DNA from: Actinomycetota bacterium
GTDB taxonomy: Bacteria; Actinomycetota; Acidimicrobiia; Acidimicrobiales; Aldehydirespiratoraceae
Assembly (NCBI GenBank): GCA_029979265.1
Contig: JAPOHW010000013.1
Location: forward strand, 8,739-72,738
Length of the DNA stretch: 64,000 nucleotides
Direction of reading: 5' to 3'
Under the pieces are notes generated by a model. That model did not search any database, was not told where the DNA came from, and was given only the letters and a program-made list of their open reading frames with translations. Of this stretch, positions 9,701 through 17,342 are shown piece by piece (within the stretch, counting starts at the first letter, position 1; every line of letters starts with the position of its first letter). A program made the position numbers and the translations under genes.

Positions 9701-10186
9701 TCAGAGCATCTTCTGCATCACGGTGACGTCGAGCCACCTACCGAACTTGCGACCGACCTCTTTGTGGCGGCCGGTGACCTCGAAGCCGCACGAACGGTGC
9801 AGCGCCTCGGAGGCCTGTTCGGTCGATGCGATGAAGGCGAGAATCGTGTGGAAGCCGCGGGCACGGGCCATGTCGACCAGCTCGGTGAGCAGAGCCTTCC
9901 CGACGCCGAGCCCCCGAGCAGCCTCGTCGACGTAGATGCTGTTCTCGACCGATGTGTTGTAGGCCGGTCGGTTTCGGTAGGGGGAGAGCGAGGCGAACCC
10001 GACGACGCGACCATCGTGTTCGGCCACGATCACTCCGAGTGCACCGAGGCGGTCCGTGATCCATGCCCGCTGCTCGTCGAGCGTCCGTGGCACGAGGTCG
10101 AAGGTTGCGGTCGAGTGCTCGACCTCGTGGTTGTAGATCGACATCAGCCGCTCGGCGTCGCCGACCGTTGCATTTCGGATCTTCAT
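9701..10186 (-). CDS. GNAT N-acetyltransferase (phosphinothricin-acetyltransferase-like)
   Basis: ORF 9701..10480 trimmed to MKIRNATVGDAERLMSIYNHEVEHSTATFD... (ATG at 10186; an alternative ATG at 10219 adds 11 aa). The acetyl-CoA loop is EAARGLGVGKALL. The upstream part of the track ORF overlaps the DUF2237 gene on the other strand. Confidence 0.8.
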   Translation of the reverse strand: MKIRNATVGDAERLMSIYNHEVEHSTATFDLVPRTLDEQRAWITDRLGALGVIVAEHDGRVVGFASLSPYRNRPAYNTSVENSIYVDEAARGLGVGKALLTELVDMARARGFHTILAFIASTEQASEALHRSCGFEVTGRHKEVGRKFGRWLDVTVMQKML

Positions 10187-10217
10187 CTCGGGCAACGCTA
10201 CGTGGTTGGATGTGGTC

Positions 10218-10586
10218 ATGGCTCGAAATGTGCTCGGTGGTGAACTGGCCGAATGCGGGCGAGACCCGGTCACCGGTTTCTTTCGCGACGGCTGTTGCAA
10301 CACATCGCCAGAAGACATCGGGTCGCACACGGTCTGTGCGACCGTCACCGCCGAGTTTCTCGAGTTCTCCCTGGCGGCCGGCAACGACCTTTCGACGCCT
10401 CGTCCCGAGTACGGGTTCGCCGGTCTCCAGCCCGGTGACGGCTGGTGCGTGTGCGCCGGTCGCTGGCTCGAAGCGGCCACCGCCGGCTACGGATGCCCCG
10501 TCCGACTCGCAGCAACCCATGAGCGAGCACTGGAGATCGTGCCGCTCCAGATGCTTCGGGCTCATGCCGCCGACAGCGACAACTGA
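10218..10586 (+). CDS. DUF2237-family protein
   Basis: MARNVLGGELAECGRDPVTGFFRDGCCNTSPEDIGSHTVCATVTAEFLEFSLAAGNDLSTPRPEYGFAGLQPGDGWCVCAGRWLEA matches my recollection of the conserved DUF2237 pattern (TGFxRDGxC...GxHxVCA...GNDLSTP...WCLCAxRW). Start is ATG 10218, or the codon at 10206 used as the ORF-track start (no canonical ATG/GTG/TTG start there). Confidence 0.75.
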   Translation: MARNVLGGELAECGRDPVTGFFRDGCCNTSPEDIGSHTVCATVTAEFLEFSLAAGNDLSTPRPEYGFAGLQPGDGWCVCAGRWLEAATAGYGCPVRLAATHERALEIVPLQMLRAHAADSDN

Positions 10587-10598
10587 TACAACCAGCCC

Positions 10599-11456
10599 AT
10601 GACGATCGACGTGACCCCGACCGGTCAAGCGTGCGGAGCTGTCGTGCGAGGCGTCGACCTCGGTCGGCCGCTCGACGCAGACACCGTTGGCGCCATCCGC
10701 TCTGCGTGGCTCGACCACCATGTCCTCGTGTTCCCCGACCAGCCGATGAACGACGATGACCTCGAGCGCTACACGCTGCACTTCGGCCCCTTCGGCGACG
10801 ACCCGTTTTTCGATCCGATCGACGGCCGTCAAAACATCGCTGCGATCCATCGCCTGCCCGACGAGCAGGCGCCCCTCTTCGCCGACAACTGGCATGCCGA
10901 CTGGACCTTCCAGCAATTCCCGCCCGACGGCACGTGTCTCGCGTCCCGGATCATCCCCCCCAACGGAGGCAACACGCTCTACGCAAACCAGGTCGCTGCG
11001 TTGGCAGCGATGCCGTCCGATCTTCGCCAGCGGATCGATGGTCTCACGGCAATCCACAGTGCTCGCACTGCCTACGCCCCCGACGGCGTGTACGGCGACA
11101 ACGATCCCGACGACCGCTCCATGCGGATCGTTCCCAGTGACGAGGCCTACAAGACCCAGACGCATCCGCTCATCCGGCCAAACCGAGAGTCGGGGGCCGA
11201 AGCCGTGTACTCCACGCTTGGGTACATCATCGGGATCGAAGGGATGGCGAGCGACGAAGCGATCCCGCTGCTCATCGAACTCAACCAGTGGCAGACCCGC
11301 GACGAGTTCGTGTACACCCACGTCTGGGAGCCCGACATGCTCGTCATGTGGGACAACCGCTGCGTGCTGCACAAAGCGACAGGAGGGTTCGATGGATATG
11401 AACGTCTCTTGCACCGCACCACGATCGGCTACAACCACGACGTTTCGGCGGCGTAA
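10599..11456 (+). CDS. TauD/TfdA-family Fe(II)/2-oxoglutarate dioxygenase
   Basis: 285-aa ORF. HADWTF (HxD iron ligands), GGNTLYANQ and the C-terminal MWDNRCVLHKATGGF block are typical of taurine/alkylsulfonate dioxygenase relatives. Confidence 0.85.
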   Translation: MTIDVTPTGQACGAVVRGVDLGRPLDADTVGAIRSAWLDHHVLVFPDQPMNDDDLERYTLHFGPFGDDPFFDPIDGRQNIAAIHRLPDEQAPLFADNWHADWTFQQFPPDGTCLASRIIPPNGGNTLYANQVAALAAMPSDLRQRIDGLTAIHSARTAYAPDGVYGDNDPDDRSMRIVPSDEAYKTQTHPLIRPNRESGAEAVYSTLGYIIGIEGMASDEAIPLLIELNQWQTRDEFVYTHVWEPDMLVMWDNRCVLHKATGGFDGYERLLHRTTIGYNHDVSAA

Positions 11457-11549
11457 GGGCGACCACCGGTCCTCGATCTGTCGACCGACGAATCGCCGCT
11501 CAGCACGACGCCCTCTACAGTGAGGGCCGAGCCGCCCCGAGGAGGATCC

Positions 11550-11675
11550 ATGGAGCCAACCGAACTCGTCGACGAGACTCCGGTCGACGCCGCCGAGACC
11601 GTCGAGCCTGAGATGGTCGAAGAAGAGCTGCTCGTCGAGGAGATCTCCATCGACGGCATGTGCGGCGTCTACTGA
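11550..11675 (+). CDS. mftA: mycofactocin precursor peptide MftA (41 aa; not in the ORF track)
   Basis: Direct reading gives MEPTELVDETPVDAAETVEPEMVEEELLVEEISIDGMCGVY*. A GGAGGA Shine-Dalgarno lies at 11541-11546. The C-terminal IDGMCGVY is the MftA core. mftB starts 4 nt downstream. Confidence 0.9.
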   Translation: MEPTELVDETPVDAAETVEPEMVEEELLVEEISIDGMCGVY

Positions 11676-11679
11676 ACCG

Positions 11680-11958
11680 TTGACCTTCGACTCGGCGGTT
11701 GCGTACCGGTTGCACGAGCGCGTGGCGCTGCGACCCGAACCATTCGGCGCGCTGGCATACCACTACGGCAATCGTCGGTTGAACTTTCTCCGCGCGCCGG
11801 AACTGGTTGCGCTCGTCGAGTCCCTCGACAGCTACGACTCCGTGCGCGACGCATTCGATGCTGCCGACATCGACCCCGGTCGTTGGCCGAGCTTCGAGAA
11901 GGCGCTCGCCTCGCTCGCTGCGTCGGACTTCCTGGTGGCCGAGGGCATCGACCCATGA
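11680..11958 (+). CDS. mftB: mycofactocin biosynthesis chaperone MftB (PqqD-like RRE)
   Basis: TTG start. FDSAVAYRLHERVALRPEPFGALAYHYGNRRLNFLRAPELV matches the MftB pattern. The stop overlaps the mftC ATG (ATGA at 11955-11958). Confidence 0.85.
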   Translation: MTFDSAVAYRLHERVALRPEPFGALAYHYGNRRLNFLRAPELVALVESLDSYDSVRDAFDAADIDPGRWPSFEKALASLAASDFLVAEGIDP

Positions 11959-13115
11959 CGCTGATCGACAACCCTCGGCCCGACAACCTCGTCCTGTCAC
12001 CGGTCAAGAGGTCGGGTCTGGCCGACCAGATGAAGGCGGGCCTCGACGCTCCCATCTGTCTGACCTGGGAACTCACCTACGCCTGCAATCTGCAATGTGT
12101 GCATTGCCTGTCGTCGTCGGGTCGCCGGGACCCGCGCGAGCTCACCACCGACGAGTGCGAAGCGGTCATCGACGAACTGCAACGGATGCAGGTCTTCTAC
12201 ATCAACATCGGGGGCGGTGAACCCACCGTTCGCAAGGACTTCTGGCACCTCGTCCACTACGCCGTCGATCATGGCGTGGGAGTGAAGTTCTCCACCAACG
12301 GGTCGGGTATCGACGCAACGGTGGCCGAGCAACTCGCACACTCCGACTACGTCGACGTGCAGATCTCGATCGATGGGGCCGACGCCGAAACCAACGACCA
12401 TGTTCGTGGCAACGGTTCGTTCGCCACGGCGGTGGAGGCGATGGAGCACCTGCGGGCTGCCGGATTCGAAGGCTTCAAGATCTCGGTCGTCATGACCCGC
12501 CACAACATTGCGCAGGTCGATGATTTCAGGGCGATGGCCGATCGGTACGGCGCCCAGCTTCGGCTCACGCGCTTTCGTCCGTCGGGACGCGGCGCCGATT
12601 CGTGGGACGACCTGCACCCGACCGATCAGCAACAACGCGACCTCTACCACTGGCTGATCGATCACCCCGATGTCCTGACCGGGGATTCGTTCTTTCATCT
12701 GTCCGCCCTCGGCGAAGCCCTCCCGGGCCTGAATCTGTGTGGAGCGGGACGAGTCGTCTGCCTGATCGATCCCATCGGCGATGTCTACGCCTGCCCGTTC
12801 GTTCTCCACGACGAGTTCCTTGCGGGAAACGTTCGTGACGAGGGCGGGTTCGCGCAGGTGTGGCAGCAAAGCGACCTCTTCGCCGAGTTGCGTCAACCCC
12901 AATCGGCCGGAGCCTGTGCAAGCTGCGGCCACTTCGACGCCTGTCAGGGTGGTTGTATGGCCGCCAAATTCTTCACCGGTATCCCACTCGATGGTCCCGA
13001 CCCGGAGTGCGTGCTCGGGCACGGCGAAGCAGCGATGGACTCCGTCGCCCGGGCGTCGGTCGGCAAGGATCACAGCCGCACTGCGGTGGTGATCGGCCGC
13101 AAGCCCATCGGCTGA
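11955..13115 (+). CDS. mftC: mycofactocin radical-SAM maturase MftC (SPASM domain)
   Basis: ORF 11883..13115 trimmed to ATG 11955. LDAPICLTWELTYACNLQCVHCLSSSGRRDPRELT carries the CxxxCxxC motif. C-terminal auxiliary-cluster cysteines are CGAGRVVCLIDPIGDVYACPF and CASCGHFDACQGGCMAAKF. Confidence 0.92.
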   Translation: MTLIDNPRPDNLVLSPVKRSGLADQMKAGLDAPICLTWELTYACNLQCVHCLSSSGRRDPRELTTDECEAVIDELQRMQVFYINIGGGEPTVRKDFWHLVHYAVDHGVGVKFSTNGSGIDATVAEQLAHSDYVDVQISIDGADAETNDHVRGNGSFATAVEAMEHLRAAGFEGFKISVVMTRHNIAQVDDFRAMADRYGAQLRLTRFRPSGRGADSWDDLHPTDQQQRDLYHWLIDHPDVLTGDSFFHLSALGEALPGLNLCGAGRVVCLIDPIGDVYACPFVLHDEFLAGNVRDEGGFAQVWQQSDLFAELRQPQSAGACASCGHFDACQGGCMAAKFFTGIPLDGPDPECVLGHGEAAMDSVARASVGKDHSRTAVVIGRKPIG

Positions 13116-13146
13116 GGGCGTCCCGGTCCAGCCATAGGCTGACGTC

Positions 13147-14280
13147 GTGAAGGCACACGGGCTCAACCCTCGCATCAAGAAATCTCCGTTCTTCGACAAG
13201 GCGGTCGAGTACGGCGCAACCGAGTTCCACCCGTACAACGGCATGTGGATGCCGGTGGGGTACGACTCACCCGTCAACGAGTACTGGAATGTGCTCGAGC
13301 GAGCGAGTCTGTGGGACGTCGGCGTCGAGAAATGCGTCGAGATCGTCGGCCCCGACGCCGAGGCCTTCATGCAACTGCTGACCCCCCGCAACATCGGCCA
13401 TGTTTCCCCCGGGCGGTGCGCCTATGTGTTTCTCGTCAATCAAGACGGCGGTCTGCTCAACGATCCCGTCATGTTGCGGATGGCCGATGATCGGTTCTGG
13501 CTGTCGACTGCCGATGCCGATGTGTACCTGTGGGCGAAGGGTGTCTCGGTGTTCGCAGGCCTCGACGTCGAAATCAACACGCCGCATGTGTACCCGGTGC
13601 AGCTGCAGGGTCCCCGATCGGCCGAGATCATGGTCGACGTCTTCGGAGACGATGTCCTCGACCTCCGCTACTACCACTGGATGGACGCAACGATCGACGG
13701 GATCGACGTCGTCATCTCTCGGACCGGCTACTCGTCGGAGCTCGGCTACGAGATCTATCTCCTCGGACAGGATCGAGGCGGGGATTTGTGGGAGGTTCTC
13801 ATGGCCGCTGGTGCACCGTATGGACTCGCTCCGGGATCACCGAACCGGATCCGGCGAATCGAGGGTGGTGTGCTCGACTACGCAAGCGACATGACCCCCG
13901 ACGAGAACCCGCTCGAGCTGGGCCTCGATCGACTGATCGACTGGGACAAGGACTTTCTCGGCAAGGCTGCGCTCGAGCAGATCCGTGACGAGGGGGTCCG
14001 TCGGCGACTGACGGGTCTCTTGCTCGACGGTCCGGCCTTGCAGAAGAACAATGAGCATCGCTGGGTGATCCGCAGTGACGGCCCTCAGGTCGGCTTCGTG
14101 ACCAACGCAGTCCACTCGCCGCGACTCGATCGCAACATCGCGTTTGCGATCATCGATGTTCCCTTCGACGCCAACGGCGCTGCACTGACCGTCGAGACGG
14201 TCGAGGGGACCCGACGGGCCGAACGAACCTCGCTGCCCTTTGTGGCGAGTCCACCCGAGAAGACGGCCCGATTCCGCTAG
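13147..14280 (+). CDS. stand-alone GcvT-fold aminomethyltransferase/demethylase family protein (folate-dependent; possibly DmdA-like)
   Basis: 377-aa ORF with GTG start, 31 nt after mftC. WDVGVEKCVEIVGPDAEAFMQLLTPR, VQLQGPRS, SRTGYSSELGYEIY and PNRIRRIEGGVLDY...NPLELGL are GcvT-family blocks. There is no fused FAD domain. Confidence 0.8.
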   Translation: MKAHGLNPRIKKSPFFDKAVEYGATEFHPYNGMWMPVGYDSPVNEYWNVLERASLWDVGVEKCVEIVGPDAEAFMQLLTPRNIGHVSPGRCAYVFLVNQDGGLLNDPVMLRMADDRFWLSTADADVYLWAKGVSVFAGLDVEINTPHVYPVQLQGPRSAEIMVDVFGDDVLDLRYYHWMDATIDGIDVVISRTGYSSELGYEIYLLGQDRGGDLWEVLMAAGAPYGLAPGSPNRIRRIEGGVLDYASDMTPDENPLELGLDRLIDWDKDFLGKAALEQIRDEGVRRRLTGLLLDGPALQKNNEHRWVIRSDGPQVGFVTNAVHSPRLDRNIAFAIIDVPFDANGAALTVETVEGTRRAERTSLPFVASPPEKTARFR

Positions 14281-14398
14281 ACCGTTGGCCCTTCACCGCA
14301 GTGGCGCAGTGCGGCCTCGAAACGAGCAGAGCCGCCACGCAGGGACCACCCGGACGAGCATGGGTGCTGTCCCCTCGAGCCGCTCGGTTTCGACGTGA

Positions 14399-15109
14399 TC
14401 AGTCGCGACCGATGAACAGGCTCAGCACGTAATAGAAGAGCGTCATCACCGAGCTGAACAGGGCGAGTGCGGCACCGACGTGGGCGACGACAGGGAACTC
14501 GCGGATGATCGTCTGGGTCTGGTAGAGGATCGCAGCGCCCGTCAGGGCGATCATCGCAACGGAGAACCAGATCCCGAGGCTGAGCCCGAAGACGAGTGCA
14601 CCGACGATCAGCGCGAGCGCAGCGACGAACCCGTACATGACGATCGGCCGCAAGAACGAGAGATCCTTGCGAGTGACGAAGGCGACGAGTGTGAGCCCGC
14701 CGAAGCCGACCGCGGTGATCAGGGCAGCAGCCATGACCGAGGTTTCGCCACCGTCGGCGATCTCGAAGAAGTAGTGCATCATCGGTGCGAACAGCACGGC
14801 ATACAGCGCAGCAGAGCCGAGCAGGCCCGCGTACTGGCGCTGCGGGTTGAGCAGATCCATGGCGGCGTTGGTCACGATCCACTGTCCGGCCATGAAACCG
14901 CCGAGCACCAACAGCCAGGTCAGGCCACCGCCGCGGGCGACGAAGTCATAGATGCGCCCCGAGATGCCGACGTTGATGAAGAGCGCCTCGATGGCGGCGA
15001 AGGCCGCGATTGCGCCGAGGAGATGCTGGTACACGCGCACGACGAAGTCACCGCGCGTCGTCTCGTCGAATTGGATGGCAGGTCGAAGGTCGACTTCGCT
15101 GTACGACAT
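14399..15109 (-). CDS. Bax-inhibitor-1/YccA-family membrane protein
   Basis: ORF 14399..15172 trimmed to ATG at 15109 (MSYSEVDLRP...). About seven hydrophobic helices. The YQHLLGAIAAF start and the C-terminal LFxxVxxLFxxxLSLFIGRD pattern are typical of the BI-1 family. Confidence 0.75.
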   Translation of the reverse strand: MSYSEVDLRPAIQFDETTRGDFVVRVYQHLLGAIAAFAAIEALFINVGISGRIYDFVARGGGLTWLLVLGGFMAGQWIVTNAAMDLLNPQRQYAGLLGSAALYAVLFAPMMHYFFEIADGGETSVMAAALITAVGFGGLTLVAFVTRKDLSFLRPIVMYGFVAALALIVGALVFGLSLGIWFSVAMIALTGAAILYQTQTIIREFPVVAHVGAALALFSSVMTLFYYVLSLFIGRD

Positions 15110-15256
15110 GATTACTCGCTTTCGTGCTGCGGCCACGTCAGGCGGCCGCACGAGATGCAGTGTATCGAACACCCGTCATTGCGTTCCCTCAGGGATACGG
15201 AGAGTAGTGTCGGCCCAGTAGCGGGCATGTCTCCCGGCTCGACGAATGGAGTGACG

Positions 15257-15433
15257 ATGGGCTGGTTCAAGAAGGCGAAGAAGCTTGCCGACGACCATGC
15301 GGACACGATCGAGGACGGCATCGACAGGGCCGCTGACCTCGCGAAGGACAAACTCGGCGACGAGCACGACGAGACGGTCGACTCGGTGGCCGAGAAAGCC
15401 AAAGAGCTGCTCGACGACGTCGACGGCGACTGA
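15257..15433 (+). CDS. small acidic helical protein, MT0933-like 'antitoxin'/CsbD-like family (58 aa)
   Basis: In-frame tail of the spurious 14480..15433 ORF. MGWFKKAKKLADDHADTIEDGIDRAADLAKDKLGDEHDETVDSVAEKAKELLDD has the repeated D-K-x-D-x-x-x-D-K-A pattern of that family (from memory). Confidence 0.5.
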   Translation: MGWFKKAKKLADDHADTIEDGIDRAADLAKDKLGDEHDETVDSVAEKAKELLDDVDGD

Positions 15434-15555
15434 CGTCACCGACAGCACCGATGAACTCCTGCCGGGCAGGGGCGACAGGCGGGGTTGTCGGTTGACTGCG
15501 GGGCGTCGAAGCGGGTCCGGTACCCTCGGCACCTGATTTCGTCGGAGGTCAATCC

Positions 15556-16728
15556 ATGGCGAACCGGTGGTTCGAGACGGTTGCGATCGCGCAGCAGCGG
15601 GCACAGAAGCGGATTCCCAAGAGCGTCTACGGCGCGCTGATCGCAGGGGCCGAGGCTGGGTTGTCGATGCGCGACAACACGGCGGCATTCGACGAACTCG
15701 GGTTTCGGCCCATCACCGCCGGGCAACCGCCGGAGCGCGTGATGGAGACCACGATCATGGGCGAGTACGCCTCCATGCCGGTGATGATCTCCCCGACCGG
15801 TGTCCAAGCCGTGCACCCCGAGGGCGAGCTCGCCATCGGTCGTGCGGCTGCGGCTCGCGGCATTCCCATGGGGCTTTCATCGTTCGCCTCGACCCCGATC
15901 GAGGAGGTTGTCGAGACGTGTGGCTCGGTCTTCTTCCAGATCTACTGGGCTGGCGACCGCGAATCGATGGTCGCTCGTATGGAGCGAGCCAAGGCAGCAG
16001 GAGCGAAGGGCATGATCCTCACGCTCGACTGGTCGTTCAGCCATGGCCGTGACTGGGGCAGCCCGCACATTCCCCAGACGTTCTCGATCAAGGAACTGCT
16101 GCCGCATGTCGGCGAGACGCTGATGCGGCCCGGCTACATCCTGCGCTGGCTCCGCAAAGGCAGGATCCCGACCCTCGGTGTTCCGAACTTCAACACCGAT
16201 GGTGGCAAGCCTCCCGGTTTCTTCGATGCCTATGGCACCTGGATGATGACGCCGCCACCGACATGGGAAGACGTGGCCTGGCTCCGCGCCCAGTGGGATG
16301 GACCGTTCATGGTGAAAGGCATCGCTCGTGCCGACGAAGCTCGGCGAGCCGTCGAAGCCGGGGTCACGGCGATCTCGGTCTCGAATCACGGTGGCAACAA
16401 CGTCGACGGCATGCCGGCGTCCATCCGCACCCTCCCCGAGATCGCCGGTGCCGTCGGAGGTGACGTGCAGGTCTTGCTCGACGGTGGCATCCGACGCGGC
16501 TCCGACGTTGTGAAGGCACTTGCGCTCGGCGCCGACGCTGTGATGATCGGTCGCGCCTATCTGTGGGGCCTCGCCGCCAACGGTCAAGCCGGCGTGGAGA
16601 ACGTCCTCGACGTAATCCGCATGGGGATGGATGCCACCATGCGCGGTATCGGGGTCGCCACGATCGCTGACCTGTCGCCCAACGACGTGGTGGTGCCCGA
16701 CAACTTCAGCCCCCCGCCGATCGAGTAG
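15556..16728 (+). CDS. mftD: pre-mycofactocin synthase MftD (FMN-dependent alpha-hydroxy-acid dehydrogenase fold)
   Basis: 390-aa ORF. WFETVAIAQQRAQKRIPKSVYGAL..., the SNHGGNNVDG active-site block and the LLDGGIRRGSDVVKALALGA FMN-binding tail are present, within an mft gene context. Confidence 0.88.
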   Translation: MANRWFETVAIAQQRAQKRIPKSVYGALIAGAEAGLSMRDNTAAFDELGFRPITAGQPPERVMETTIMGEYASMPVMISPTGVQAVHPEGELAIGRAAAARGIPMGLSSFASTPIEEVVETCGSVFFQIYWAGDRESMVARMERAKAAGAKGMILTLDWSFSHGRDWGSPHIPQTFSIKELLPHVGETLMRPGYILRWLRKGRIPTLGVPNFNTDGGKPPGFFDAYGTWMMTPPPTWEDVAWLRAQWDGPFMVKGIARADEARRAVEAGVTAISVSNHGGNNVDGMPASIRTLPEIAGAVGGDVQVLLDGGIRRGSDVVKALALGADAVMIGRAYLWGLAANGQAGVENVLDVIRMGMDATMRGIGVATIADLSPNDVVVPDNFSPPPIE

Positions 16729-17311
16729 CGCTCGACAACTGCTCCAACAAGGGAGCCAACAAGTCGTCGACAGCGGTCGCAGTTGTCGGCCCCGACCACG
16801 GTTGCCCGTAGATCTCTCGTACCTCCTCGGCGGTGAGATAGGCCGGGCTGTGGATCTCCGAGATGATTGCGTATTCCAGCGCCTCGTCGCCCTGCAACAA
16901 CTGCAATCGGTAGCGATGGACGGCGAGCGGTGCCGGCTCGTCGAGCCGCATCAACTCGTAGATGTGCTCGAAGCGAGGCGACGCCGCCAACACGTCGTAT
17001 CCCAGCAGTGGTTTGTCGATGGACCACCCTGCTGAGGTGAAGGTTGCACCGATCGACTCACCGGACACGATCTGCTGATGGGCAGCGCGCAATGGTGCAG
17101 GCATCGGGTCTGCGAACTCGACCACTGCCAGGGTCCGGGTGACGGGCTCGCTGTTCTCGAGGCTGTAGAGACTGGAGTAGCGGATGTTCTCGTCGGCGCG
17201 GATCACCTCCACGCCATAGGAGCCGAAGCGCTGCTCGATGCGTTCGCTGTTCAACAGAGGCGGGGGCGAGGAACAACTGACCAGAAGCGCGATGCAGGTG
17301 GCCGCAACCAT
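16706..17311 (-). CDS. hypothetical lipoprotein (lipobox LLVSC)
   Basis: ORF 16706..17386. ATG at 17311 gives MVAATCIALLVSCSSPPP. An in-frame TTG at 17350 would add a basic n-region (SELRCPRTRPLA). I recognise no family. Its 3' end overlaps mftD by 23 nt (convergent). Confidence 0.5.
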   Translation of the reverse strand: MVAATCIALLVSCSSPPPLLNSERIEQRFGSYGVEVIRADENIRYSSLYSLENSEPVTRTLAVVEFADPMPAPLRAAHQQIVSGESIGATFTSAGWSIDKPLLGYDVLAASPRFEHIYELMRLDEPAPLAVHRYRLQLLQGDEALEYAIISEIHSPAYLTAEEVREIYGQPWSGPTTATAVDDLLAPLLEQLSSATRSAGG

Positions 17312-17342
17312 GGCCAGGGGCCGAGTTCGGGGGCATCGGAGC

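Noticed and set aside
10217-10220. Divergent gene pairs whose longest ORFs share a CATG start tetranucleotide: GNAT/DUF2237 here, and MFS/ABM at 29298-29301.
   Set aside because: In both cases one partner has an equally good downstream ATG (GNAT at 10186) or an alternative start (MFS at 29306). I found no TANNNT -10 element at the spacing needed for leaderless transcripts. It is most likely a start-codon annotation ambiguity, not a real feature.
9738-11438. A 566-aa minus-strand ORF covering the GNAT, DUF2237 and TauD region.
   Set aside because: It is antisense to, or out of frame with, three genes that have clear family motifs. Its composition is typical of GC-bias shadow ORFs.
14480-15256. 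The first 259 codons of + strand ORF 14480..15433.
   Set aside because: They are antisense to the BI-1-like membrane protein and highly acidic and basic low-complexity sequence. Only the terminal 58 codons (from ATG 15257) resemble a known small-protein family.
15492-15526. TTGACT (15492-15497) and TACCCT (15521-15526) upstream of mftD as a promoter, with a similar GGTACCTT upstream of the ADH (about 20785).
   Set aside because: The spacing between the two hexamers is 23 nt, too long for a sigma-70-type promoter. The shared GGTACC(C/T)T is too short to be meaningful without comparative data.
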